DNA of 39,965 bases from an uncultured Deferribacteres bacterium (GTDB lineage Bacteria > Zhuqueibacterota > Zhuqueibacteria > Zhuqueibacterales > Geothermadaptataceae), in the NCBI GenBank assembly GCA_964014485.1, contig CAXHAT010000059.1, positions 1 through 39,965 on the forward strand, given 5' to 3'. Below are positions 27,501 through 37,200 of this stretch, one piece after another; the first letter of the stretch is position 1; each line of letters opens with the position of its first letter. The notes under the pieces were generated by a model, which saw only the letters and a list, made by a program, of their open reading frames with translations, searched no databases and had not been told where the DNA came from. The translations under genes were made by a program, and so were the position numbers.

Positions 27501-28575
27501 GCGCACCAAGATTACTGTACGCCCCCTCATTCATGTACCAATCCCAAAACCCTTCTTTAAGCAAATAAACGGCATTGCTGTCCTGATTGAAAATCAAAGC
27601 AGTGTGACCGTGTGCAAATCGCGATTGTCCTGCGTATGGTTGATAAAAATCCTGCACCCAAACGCCAAAACCTGCGGCTGGAGTTGGCCCAACGCCCCAC
27701 CAATGTACGAAGTCAGTAGCATCCCCTTGAGAAGCGTCAGGATGATTGTTGTGTGGGCGTCCAAGTTTATTATGATAGTTGTCAAGCTCCATAAACTCCC
27801 ACCATTTATTGAAGAATGCTTCGGAACGCTGGATCACATTATCGTTTTCTATGCCATCCCATGAAATATCTCCGAACGATGGTTCCCGAACAACGCCAAC
27901 ACGCGATGCCGCAATGACAATATGAGTAGGACAATGATCAGACTCATCGTTTGAGTTATAACCAAGGACGAGGTCTGTAAGGCCAAATTTACTGCCGTGA
28001 TGCAAATGTTCATCGCCATCGCCGTTCAGATCATCGGGATCACAATCTCCGTTATGTGGTGCAATCCAACCAAGTATTTCTCCACCAGCAATATCAATAC
28101 TTTCGCTCAGAGGTTTGGAAAAGCTGGTTTTCGGACTTTGGGGATTGCTTGGATCTTGTTGTTCGACAATATGCCCATACACCATTGTAAAATCGCGGCT
28201 GACATCTTCTCTATGAACTCCTACAGGAACTCTCAGGCTTCGATTGAGCCTGTATTGAACAACTGCATACAAGATTCCGTACCCGCAATATTGGCAAGTC
28301 GGCGAGCAACTGCCATTCTGCTGATATCTTACTAATTTTCCGTCCGCAATATTGGAAATCGGAATCTGAGCTGACAACTGAAAATCTTCACCAAGATGGT
28401 ATTTTTGATTTACAGAAGAATAAACCCCAAGCGGGCGACCAAATGAGTACGGATCGTAGCTTTCTACAGCTACCGGGTAATCAAAATAGACATTTTCCGC
28501 AAGTTGCCCAAAAATCGGCGTTTGCATACAAGCGAGTATAACTGAAATCCCAAAACAACGTCTCAGACATTGCAT
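24511..28575 (-). CDS. Large secreted multidomain protein: M23 peptidase-like, LGFP-like, PEGA x2, CBM-like, LamG x2, BACON-like, FlgD-Ig/T9SS-type C-terminus
   Basis: Signal peptide; HLGED, YGH, HLH; LGAPLNDE..RQDFERG; LGTTPL and TEPSGAQIY; VEAEDM; WYHIAVV..KLYLDG and WYHLALV..KLYING; LHQNYPNPFNPET...YDIVGRKV. Confidence 0.85.
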   Translation of the reverse strand: MQCLRRCFGISVILACMQTPIFGQLAENVYFDYPVAVESYDPYSFGRPLGVYSSVNQKYHLGEDFQLSAQIPISNIADGKLVRYQQNGSCSPTCQYCGYGILYAVVQYRLNRSLRVPVGVHREDVSRDFTMVYGHIVEQQDPSNPQSPKTSFSKPLSESIDIAGGEILGWIAPHNGDCDPDDLNGDGDEHLHHGSKFGLTDLVLGYNSNDESDHCPTHIVIAASRVGVVREPSFGDISWDGIENDNVIQRSEAFFNKWWEFMELDNYHNKLGRPHNNHPDASQGDATDFVHWWGVGPTPAAGFGVWVQDFYQPYAGQSRFAHGHTALIFNQDSNAVYLLKEGFWDWYMNEGAYSNLGAPLNDEYGPANNRRQDFERGYLVWNGVSVLAYNNDGIQILPRNVNIQANFSTATSLAKARSKNSRLNAQSAEIWHNGNLLGTTPLDISGYEGFTYAMVARANGYYDKPFTYDVGSADMEVSVTLDPYIPTPAGTGKLTVVTEPSGAQIYRSGTPWPSLGQLTSIFDEPLSVGNYQFTIEKTGFGTTTINFSIDSSQTTFVSVDLSPPAYPDTVEAEDMAGVGTLVPDEGMWLTTQADPQNWFLLQDIGIPDTGLVEIEVIARADGAVGLNWPRLEVKLGGGLGTREVNTSLMSCYFYKEITQGNSDILEVLLDEVTRQTAGHAVFVDKVILRYVNAPRPDPDPLPPPTFPVYGYTLDQYTIGLWNMSGALGSAGKRENQSTGSLLTEIGVGSDEGVGSEPDGSYSLTRGQSRLRTDLDTEIDGLSAFTFEGWFFFDNTQTNQLFGRWDANASMTIEWNQNGTFYVFIASSPSDPGNHRAEYPLLLQDNQWYHIAVVFDGAGSSNSDRLKLYLDGVQQTTCTFWGTIPTNLTTLGAGEPLIFGNYKDSSHGSSMGGRIGPVRVSDIARTDSEIASSANGTIPFIVSPSNCSLSPQNNSCTISVSSQDSCTVTPSVSWLNVSSSSVYGFNQMVTVTADTSGLGGGTHEAVINFVAGDSSQAVSIALEMEEELYDQFTIGYWDMEGVVGSVQKRTNMVSGDLLTEVSVESADGHAGDPNGAYGFVKANHSRLRTDIDTELNGLSQLTFELWVQFDNPNNNAFIGRLSDGDFSAEWQGANNPLYIFINNAYGYSAAQARDTNAWYHLALVYNGDGASNSEKLKLYINGNAIGLSFSGTLPGSFPDLGSNPLILGHSRDQNTGSASLGGAIAATKISNVARSPEEILQSYQNAFVKRGLNQSRQVVSLPTVFALHQNYPNPFNPETRIRFDLPKQEDVTLEIYDIVGRKVRALIVNQNYPAGQHAIIFDGRNNSGEILPSGVYHYRLTAGAFSAIRKMAFLK

Positions 28576-28705
28576 GACTATCCTCCGGAATTTGATAAAA
28601 GACTTTAGTTGATTCTGTTAAAAAATGCCGCAAGCATCTCTTGTGAAAATGAAGCCCCGTTACAGAGTGGAGAACTTAGGTCTAAAAACCCAATGAGCTA
28701 TAGAT

Positions 28706-29359
28706 TTAATGAGTCTCGAGGAATTTAAAATTTTCTATAATCGTATTATGAATACTATACTTTTCCGGGTCGTCCATGCCGCAACGAACACCAAAAGCGA
28801 CAGAGGTGTTTTTGTAGAGCATTAGTCCTTGCAACTCAGAACAAATTCCGTCAGCAGTATATCGGATTACTCTCACGCCGTCTTCTCTCAAAACATCGCT
28901 GAATATTGTAGACCCTTCATTCTTAATTCGTTGTCGCTCTAATTCATAGTCGCCTCCCGATTTGCCTGAAAGGTGATAAACATAACAGTCTGAGCCTTCA
29001 CAAAAACCTTTACCAAGAGGCCCGACATCAAGAGCCCAAGTAATATTTTTCGGTATATTTGTCCGTATTACTGGTTCCGGCCAAGTGTTTGGGTACTTAA
29101 ATTCGATTTCTAGAACAGAATCACGATATGTCAGCCATTCGATAGTGTCAATTTCAGGAACAGCAAAATCCAAAGATATTGTCGACGTGCTGGTTTCATT
29201 CGACGTATCGCCATCATCTTGTTGCAACGCCGTGGAGTTCGTTTCAGCAACTTGTTTTATCGGCGACTTTTCATCATGATTTACATTAGAAATGGATAAC
29301 ACTGTGACCAAAGCTGCCGCTAAAAAAATTAAAACCGCAAACACATGTTTCTTCCCCAT
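28706..29359 (-). CDS. Membrane-anchored or exported PsbP-like protein
   Basis: N-terminal transmembrane or signal segment, Ser/Thr linker, WLTYRD..IEFKYPNTW, C-terminal IIENFKF. Confidence 0.65.
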   Translation of the reverse strand: MGKKHVFAVLIFLAAALVTVLSISNVNHDEKSPIKQVAETNSTALQQDDGDTSNETSTSTISLDFAVPEIDTIEWLTYRDSVLEIEFKYPNTWPEPVIRTNIPKNITWALDVGPLGKGFCEGSDCYVYHLSGKSGGDYELERQRIKNEGSTIFSDVLREDGVRVIRYTADGICSELQGLMLYKNTSVAFGVRCGMDDPEKYSIHNTIIENFKFLETH

Positions 29360-29431
29360 AAGTTAATATTGATCTATCTTTCGCTTTATTTACCAAGACT
29401 GGCAGACTTCATTTTTTCTGAAAGTTTGTAT

Positions 29432-30406
29432 TCAGTTAACCAGACTATACCGTTCCTTGTCAACCGCTGTTCTCCACACCGGCTTAAACGCGCTCTTTGG
29501 CTGTGTTAGATCAAAATCCGCCGCTCGTGCGAACCAGAACAACCGCACTCCCATGCCCTGCTCATCAGCCTGCTTCGAAAGCGCGATCAGATTTTCGAAT
29601 TCCTGATCTTTCATATCATCCGTCACGAGAACCAAGACGCGCATACGTCTGAGTTCCTGAATATCAGAGTACTTCTCGTTTGGATATTTGTCCGTTATCT
29701 TCTTTTTCCAGAAGTAGTAGTACTTGCGGAATTTGGTGAGGAGAGTCTTTGCCCGCTCTTTTGCCTGGCGCGTTGTTTTGGTGCGCCGCTTGGCAGTCTG
29801 CAATTCCAGAAAGAAATTTCGAATCGGTTTCCCGCCGTCTTTAATCGCAAAAAACCAATCCGGCTCGAGCGTGGTTTCCAGCGCATCTTGCGACCAACCA
29901 AGACGAAACGACATACTGATGAAATGCCGATCGGGATAGCTGTAGGGCATATCGACGCCCGCTTGGTCGCACGCGGCCATGACCAGGCCGCGAAATCGAT
30001 TCGTGGCGATAGTGTGCGGCAAATTCGGATGCGGCGCGCTCGGGTCAAAAATCACTTTTCTTATCCGGCGCTCGAGATGTTCGCTCAAAAAGGTGCGGCC
30101 ACGCTCGCAGAGGTAATACACCGCCTTTTGACTCCCGCCTTCTTTGTTGTTGACGCTTTCATAGCTGTTCGGCGGGTAATATTTTGACAAATATTCATGT
30201 TCCCACAGCGTCCGGAGCCGCCTGCGAATGCTCTTGATGTGGCGCCGGGTAATGCACGAAATGATTTCTCCGGTGAGAAACCGGAATTCATTCGGTGAAA
30301 ATAATTCGAGAATCTCGGCATCACGATCCGTAAACCGAAGCGGCCCGCGCGCGTCTTGTTCCGGCCGCTTGTATTTTGACCATTTCTTTTGCATTGTCTG
30401 CATCAT
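29432..30406 (-). CDS. Replication-relaxation (Replic_Relax) family protein
   Basis: FTDRDAEIL..FRFLT..RRRLRTL winged helix; HTIATN; LEPDWFF..FFLELQ..KFRKY PD-(D/E)xK-like core. Confidence 0.8.
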   Translation of the reverse strand: MMQTMQKKWSKYKRPEQDARGPLRFTDRDAEILELFSPNEFRFLTGEIISCITRRHIKSIRRRLRTLWEHEYLSKYYPPNSYESVNNKEGGSQKAVYYLCERGRTFLSEHLERRIRKVIFDPSAPHPNLPHTIATNRFRGLVMAACDQAGVDMPYSYPDRHFISMSFRLGWSQDALETTLEPDWFFAIKDGGKPIRNFFLELQTAKRRTKTTRQAKERAKTLLTKFRKYYYFWKKKITDKYPNEKYSDIQELRRMRVLVLVTDDMKDQEFENLIALSKQADEQGMGVRLFWFARAADFDLTQPKSAFKPVWRTAVDKERYSLVN

Positions 30407-30420
30407 ACCAGAAACCGCCG

Positions 30421-32298
30421 TTAAAAATCCATTAGCTCATCATCCGTACGCTCGGCAGTCGTTTTTGCGACAACACCATGCGCATCGACAATCTCGACGA
30501 CCTGAGCGTCTTCCGGAGCCGCTCCAAAGAGCCGGGCGGTATTTGCTTCACAAAGCTCCAGGCGCTCACGAAACGGCAAATAGATCGAGGGCGTATGTGA
30601 GCGCGAAAGCGAAAGCGCGTGCTCGATCTTCTCGGCGTCTTCCGGATAGGGCGAAATCGTGCGAATCTTCACCATCATGCTCGGTTCGTCCACCAATTTG
30701 ACGATAGCGTGCTGTCTGGGCATGGCGATCAGCTTGACCATCTGCCTGAAATGTTGCTCTTCCTTGCCCCAAAATTCCCGGCTCGCCAGCTCTTTCCCGA
30801 TGATCGGCATGAGCATCAACGCTTCATGTGAGCTTTTGACTTTCGACGTGCCTTCCATATGCGCGCTGAATTCGCTCCAGGAACTCATCATCGAATCAAA
30901 GCTGGCGGATGATTCATGAACTGAAGCAACGCCTTGACCATCCCCTTCCGGCAGGATCACTTCGCCGGAGCTTGTGGTCATGCCCGATCCGGAGGCGCTC
31001 GCGCTCCCCGAGCCTTCGGAATGTGCGTTATGGCTTCCGCTCGCAGTGCCCGAAAGCATCATTTTATGCATCTTGTACCCGAGCACGGTCGTGCGAAAAA
31101 GCTGATGTTTGACTTCAGCCAGATTCCATTCCGGCGCAAAAAGCCATGCCAGCTTTTCTGCGTCCTGGAAGTACACGCTAAAGATAATCTTATTGCGCGC
31201 CTGACTCATCACTGCGTCGTAAATCGCGGTCGGCGGATCGAGATGCTCGCTGACAAGCTGTCCCAGATGCTGGTGAGACAACACCATGTGCATGCCTTTT
31301 TGCCGGCAGGTTTCAAGGATGCTGGAAGCGTTGGGCGTGAGAAAGTGCTGGAATTCGTCAATGAGAAGATAGAACGGCTTCTTGACCGCGTCCTTGCGCT
31401 TACGCCGGAGCGCGTAGTAGTAAAGTTCGTTCACGAGCAAAGTACCGATGATGTAGCTTTCCTTCTCCGAAATCCAACCTTTTTGCGAGAGGTTGACCAA
31501 GAGAATTTTTTGATTCTCAACAATGTCTTCAATGTCGATCACATTCCTGATCTGCCCCAACGTCGCCTTGATCATTTCATTGCGGGCAAAATCGGAAATA
31601 CGGTTGTAAAAGCTCTCAATTCGCTCGCCCTGGTTGCGCGGCGGCAGTTTATCGAAACCGCGCCAGTAGTCGCAGACAATAAAATCGTCGGTATGCGAAA
31701 GAATTGCATCCCGCGTATCTTTATTCGACAAAGCGAAATGGATCAGCTCAAACGAGGTCAAACCCGCTTCGATGATGGGCTGAAGCGAATTTGAAAGCGT
31801 GTTGGAGAGCCGTTTGGCTATCGCAGGATCCGTCTCAAACACCTTGATCATGCTGACCGTGAGAGAACGCACCTGCTCGGCAAGCGACGGATAATACCGC
31901 GCCCTTCTAAGCGGATTGTAGCCGACCATGTAGTCGCTCGGCTCGGTTGGATTGAAAAACACCACGCGATCCGCATACTCCGGATGATGCGCGATGTAAT
32001 TGACCACTGAATCATAGAGAAAACCAAGCGGATCGATCAGGCAGAAGGATTTGCGCATGAATAAGAGCATCCGGATCAAAAGCTCCAAAAAGAACGACTT
32101 ACCGCTTCCGGTAGCCCCGATGATATGCAGGTGGGTTTTCAGGCGCTCCAGATCGATGAACTGCATGCCCTTGCGATCTCGGCCGACCGGAACGAGATCA
32201 GTATTTTGCGACTTGATAAACTGCTCCGGCGTCATGGACGTTTTGGAAAAATAGTCTTTTGGCGTTGGCAGTGTTTTTAAGAATTCATCCGCATTCAT
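30421..32298 (-). CDS. Second VirD4/TrwB-like (HerA/DUF87 superfamily) ATPase
   Basis: HLHIIGATGSGKS, LIDPLG, LLIDEFQHF, CRQKGMHMVLSHQHLGQL; Ser/Gly-rich insert; no transmembrane segment. Confidence 0.88.
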   Translation of the reverse strand: MNADEFLKTLPTPKDYFSKTSMTPEQFIKSQNTDLVPVGRDRKGMQFIDLERLKTHLHIIGATGSGKSFFLELLIRMLLFMRKSFCLIDPLGFLYDSVVNYIAHHPEYADRVVFFNPTEPSDYMVGYNPLRRARYYPSLAEQVRSLTVSMIKVFETDPAIAKRLSNTLSNSLQPIIEAGLTSFELIHFALSNKDTRDAILSHTDDFIVCDYWRGFDKLPPRNQGERIESFYNRISDFARNEMIKATLGQIRNVIDIEDIVENQKILLVNLSQKGWISEKESYIIGTLLVNELYYYALRRKRKDAVKKPFYLLIDEFQHFLTPNASSILETCRQKGMHMVLSHQHLGQLVSEHLDPPTAIYDAVMSQARNKIIFSVYFQDAEKLAWLFAPEWNLAEVKHQLFRTTVLGYKMHKMMLSGTASGSHNAHSEGSGSASASGSGMTTSSGEVILPEGDGQGVASVHESSASFDSMMSSWSEFSAHMEGTSKVKSSHEALMLMPIIGKELASREFWGKEEQHFRQMVKLIAMPRQHAIVKLVDEPSMMVKIRTISPYPEDAEKIEHALSLSRSHTPSIYLPFRERLELCEANTARLFGAAPEDAQVVEIVDAHGVVAKTTAERTDDELMDF

Positions 32299-32310
32299 TG
32301 AATGGCCGTT

Positions 32311-34023
32311 TTATGCGTACGTCTGTTTTGCGCGATCAATACAGCGCTGACATGCGTCGGGATCATTTGCGTGCTTTCGTCTGCACTCGGCAATGCGCGC
32401 CTGGAGCTTTTGTTCGTTGCGCTCCCCTGCTTCAAAGCGCTTGTCGCGTCCAATGGAATCGATTTCAATGGCCTGGTCCCATTTCTCGCGTTCATTTTCC
32501 GGCGAGGGCGCGCCAACCTCTTTCGGCGCACTGTTTCCGCCGCTCATTTTCTGCTTTATGTCATTGATCCTGAGCACTTCTTCCATGCTCTGCCGCACGA
32601 TGCCCAACATCTCCGCGTTCTGTTTCCCGCTTTCAAGCGCATCAATGAATCGTTGCTTGTCGCGGCGCTCGTCAGCCGCGATCCTGCGGCGATACTCGCC
32701 GTCAACTCGCGCCTTCGTTGCGGCCTCAATCTCGAGTTCTTGAAGGAACCGGTGCCGCTTTTCTTTTTCCATTTCATGATATTTCACATGCTGGTTACAT
32801 CGTTTGACAAAACGGTATGAAACCAGCGTACCTAAAACAGTGATGCACGCCCAAAACAGCGGCAGCAAGAGATCACTCACCTTATTCATTTCTTTTTGCC
32901 ACAGCGTATGCAATAAGATCGTGCTGTCAGCATTGGTCGCAAAAAAGATCAAGCTTTTCGCTTCGATTTTGCGCCGGCTGAACTGATTCGCGGGAGCGCC
33001 CACCTGCACGGTGTCGTAAGCGCCGACTGACACATAGAGCAACTTGAGTGAATCCTGAGAATAAAAGTAGATGTTGTCTTCATCATCAACATGACCGTAG
33101 GGCTTTATCCAGCCGTCTTCTCTTCGGAGAATGGCGGTTTGCATCGGCGGCATATCGAATTCATTCGGCAGTTGCGTATAGGTAATCCATTGTTTTTGCA
33201 GTGAGTCCGCTGACGGCGGCGAGCCGGGACAGGAGGCGCTGTTGAGGAACCAGGCTGTGGCAAAGAAAAATAGGATGCATGCGACCAGCCCCACATTGCG
33301 TGAATGAGAATAGCGATCCAGCGGCTGGCCGAATAATTCTTTCCTGATGCCGTCGATAGCCGTCAGAATCATGATAAGCTTCTGAACGATCCAGCTCCCG
33401 CACCACATCACAGCAAAGGCGATTGAGGTTATAATGGTGAGCGCGATAATATCAGGGACGATTCGCCCCCAGAACACTTGCACTTCTTCGACGCGGTACC
33501 AAATAGTGATTTTACGCTCGCCGAGCGGCCAAATGGTGATATGCGTGCCGGGCGGTTCGGCGATGAAGTCGATGACAAACGGGGCTGAACCCAAGGCGTA
33601 TAGAGCATCGGAGCCGAGAACTTCGCTCATCGAAAGGCGAATTCGAGGATTTTGTAGCGGAGAGCCGTTACTCACGCCGACTTTCATTGACTGGCGGGAA
33701 TCCGGATTCCACAAATAAATGTCCTGACCGGCTTTCCATTGGTGAACCACCGTGGCTCCGAAAATTTCTCGCCGCACCCAGCCGTGTTGCATCAATTCGA
33801 CCTCAAAATCTTCCTGCGTCTTCTTTTTGCCGGAGGCATACACGGTCTTGCCGATCTCTTTTTGGAATTGACGATGTTCATCAAAGACCCCCTGGCGCTC
33901 GGGCTTCTGGCCGCATCCGGAGAACAGCCAGAAACAGCAGAGGGCAAGAATGCTTCGAGACTGCCGGAACCATAAAAAAGCGGGCGATTTTGAAGGCATC
34001 ACAAATCCAGACACTCTTGACAT
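32311..34023 (-). CDS. Multi-pass membrane protein with lipobox-like N-terminus and coiled-coil C-terminus
   Basis: FSGC lipobox-like motif; about three hydrophobic segments; charged helical tail; first gene of the ATPase-relaxase operon. Confidence 0.75.
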   Translation of the reverse strand: MSRVSGFVMPSKSPAFLWFRQSRSILALCCFWLFSGCGQKPERQGVFDEHRQFQKEIGKTVYASGKKKTQEDFEVELMQHGWVRREIFGATVVHQWKAGQDIYLWNPDSRQSMKVGVSNGSPLQNPRIRLSMSEVLGSDALYALGSAPFVIDFIAEPPGTHITIWPLGERKITIWYRVEEVQVFWGRIVPDIIALTIITSIAFAVMWCGSWIVQKLIMILTAIDGIRKELFGQPLDRYSHSRNVGLVACILFFFATAWFLNSASCPGSPPSADSLQKQWITYTQLPNEFDMPPMQTAILRREDGWIKPYGHVDDEDNIYFYSQDSLKLLYVSVGAYDTVQVGAPANQFSRRKIEAKSLIFFATNADSTILLHTLWQKEMNKVSDLLLPLFWACITVLGTLVSYRFVKRCNQHVKYHEMEKEKRHRFLQELEIEAATKARVDGEYRRRIAADERRDKQRFIDALESGKQNAEMLGIVRQSMEEVLRINDIKQKMSGGNSAPKEVGAPSPENEREKWDQAIEIDSIGRDKRFEAGERNEQKLQARIAECRRKHANDPDACQRCIDRAKQTYA

Positions 34024-34250
34024 ACAGAGCCGTCCATGGTAAAAAGCCGTCGGCTATGTGGGAAGTGCGCCAATGCGCTAAATCCCAAGCGGGTCGGCCG
34101 AAAGGCAGCAACCTGTCCCACACGCCGGGCCGCGCGCTTCATAAAGCCGCGGCCTTTTTCATGGAAAAGCCATTTACTCTAAATGACTCTGACGAACCGT
34201 TTTTTCTGAATTTTTTGTAGAAAAAGAAGAGGTATGCCGGCAAGCGGCGG

Positions 34251-37200
34251 TTACTTGCCGGTGGCGATATACGGGCCCCAATAATACGGATGATTATATT
34301 TCGGGTGGGCAATCAAGGCTTTTTGAGCATACTGCACGGCAACGGCGGCGTCATGCGTTTTCTGTAATTCAGTATAAAACTCACGCATAAACGTTAATGA
34401 TGACTCATCATTGACGTTCCAGAGCGTTGAGACCACTGCGCTCGCTCCTGCGAAAAGAAACCCGCGCACCAATCCAACGACCTCTCCGCCGGCAGAAATC
34501 CCCGCCCGATATTCCGCTTCCAACCCCGATTCACATGCGCTCAGAACGACCAATGCGCTATCCACCGCAAAGCTAAAAGCGTCATGGACAAAGAATCGTC
34601 CGTCGTCGACTTCGTTTTTTGGTGCGAACTGAAGCGCAAAAAGCAACGGGCTTTCCGGCGATGGTATGCCATGCATTGCAAGATGAATAATATCGACCCG
34701 CTCGGCAAGCTGCCGGAGCGTGTCTTTCGTCGCATGTTCGTCAGTAATGACGCGAACCGGCGCATTCCAGAGCGCTTCAATTGCTTGCGCCTCCGGAACA
34801 ACATATCGAAGCGTTCCTCTTGGGCTCTTAGGATACGCAATCGCCAAAATCTCTTTGCGCATCTGCGCCGGGCGTTGCATGGCAACGTATTTCATGACGC
34901 TTGCCGATGGATAATTGACCACGACAAATTGACTTGCCAAAACCGCCCCATCGAGCATAAGTGTTTGGAAAGGAAGACGATAGAGAACGTCATCGGCCAA
35001 AACAATTACCGAGTTCACATCGTCGAACAATCCGGCCGTTTGTATCGAATCAAGGAGTGCGCCGCCTAAACGAGACGCTTGCTCTTTCCAATTCTGCTGT
35101 TTCAAGCGCACTGCTTCGCGAAACCGGCGCACGTGAGAGCGGAGCACAGCTCGTGAATATGATACAGAAAACACCTGAAGCGGATTTCCCGGACGCGCCG
35201 CACATATCAGAATTCGATCATCCAACACCACATATTGCAGTAATAGCGCATCTTGAGGGATCTGTGGAAGAGCATCTTCCAAGCTGACAACGGCACTCGA
35301 AAGAACCGAGCCGACCATCGGGCGATCTCGCTCTACTTCGTGAAGAAATTCAGAATATGCCGCTTGAGCCTGCTCAAATTGTTTCGATGTGTGCTCACGC
35401 ACTGAACTGCGTGCACCGCTTTCGCCCGACGATATGTTTTGTGCCAACTGAGAATATCGCCGAGAAAGCTCGCTTCTCAGTCGCAAGCCTTTTTTTAAAA
35501 ACTGGTCATTATCGCGAGCTGAAAATTGAACTTCACGCTGAGAAAGCAAACCCAAGAATGTCCGCGCTTTCGCCTTTTCTGCGAATTTGAAAACATCATG
35601 ATATTCCTTGAGCGTGTACGCCCATAAAACTTGTTTTTCTGTGTGCTCCCGCAGTTCGTCAAAATAAGCCGCTCGGCTAAAACTCGACCCAAAGGCATTC
35701 GCAATTTGTTCATGAGTGACCAAAGCGCGTTCATAAGCAAGAGACGCTTGATCTATTCTTCCCATCTTCTCATAGACGCTTCCTTTAGATAGGAAGGCAT
35801 CGGCAAAAAGACGTAAATCTCCATTGGATTGTGAAGCATCGATAACCATATCAAGCAAAGCAATCGCTTGATTCTCCATCCCTTTTTCACTCAATATAAG
35901 GGCCAACACTAGGCGTGTGCTCTCAGCTGTGTACGGGAGTCCCTGCTTTTCAGCATATGCAATCAGTTGCTCCCATTCATTTGTTGATGCAGGCAAAGTC
36001 TTTGTTTCTATATAGCACCTTGCAAGTAAGGTTATTGTAGCGTGAACTAAATCAAAATACTCCAATTCCTTAGCGAGCGGCAGAACGTCTTCATGAATAG
36101 CTTTTGCAGAACGATAATCTTTCTGCGCTTGATAGATCATCGCAATATTGGATTTTGCTTTCAGAGAAATATCTTTTATCCCTAAAGAATCTGCTATAGA
36201 TTGAGCATTCTGTGCAGCTTTTAAACCTTCATCATACCGCCCCATGTACGAATATATCTCAGAGAGCGAACGCAATCCCCCGGAAACGTCCCGCATGTTC
36301 CCTATTTCTCGATGAATATGTATAGATTGTTTTTTATGCTCTTCCGCCTCTTCAAACTGGCCGCGAAAGTAGAAAACATCTCCTAATCCGCTTGTCGAAG
36401 CAGCTTCTAAAAGTCGTTCGCCACGTTCTTTTGCAAATAGTATTGACTTTTCGTAGTAATCTTGGGCCTCATCGTAATAACCAAGCACTAAAGACATATG
36501 GCCCAGGTTGTGCAAAGTGGTGTTGTGGTTCCGTTTGCTCAAGATATCAGCAAAAGAAAGAATCTCTAAGTATGTAGCTCTCGCTTCCCTTATCTCTCCT
36601 GTTTTTTCCTGTGTTGTCGCGATGTTTCCGGCAACTGTCAATACAAATCGTCTGTCATTTATGGCTTGAGCAAATTCCTTTGCTTGTTCATATTTTTCAA
36701 TAGCCTCACGATACTTGGCTGTATAATCTTTTATATTCCCCCAGATATTCAGTATGCGAGCCAATAACCAACGATCACCTGTCTTTTGTGATATTTCGTA
36801 ACTTTTAGTGATATTTTTCTCGGCGTTTAGAATATCACTTGCTCTCATGAAAGCAAACGCACGATACGACAACGCTCTTGCGCGCAAATTATCATGGGTA
36901 ACTTGCTGCCACAATGAATCGGCACGGTTGTAACGATTTATTGCAAGTAGAAATTGGCTCTGCATAAGCGATTGAAACGCCGAGTCAGCCCACGTTTCCG
37001 CCAATCGTCCCTTCCGCGCCTTCTCAACATGGTTTGCAACATCTTCATAGCCTGAATAAGAAGATGCTAAGGAAAATTTATTTGCCGCACTATCAAACTC
37101 GCCAATATAAAAATAGAAATGACCAAGCGCGAGCTTTGCAGAGGGCGCGTCTTTAGCTTCCAAATCGGAACGAAGCCCCCTGTAAGCAGTGGTATCTCCT

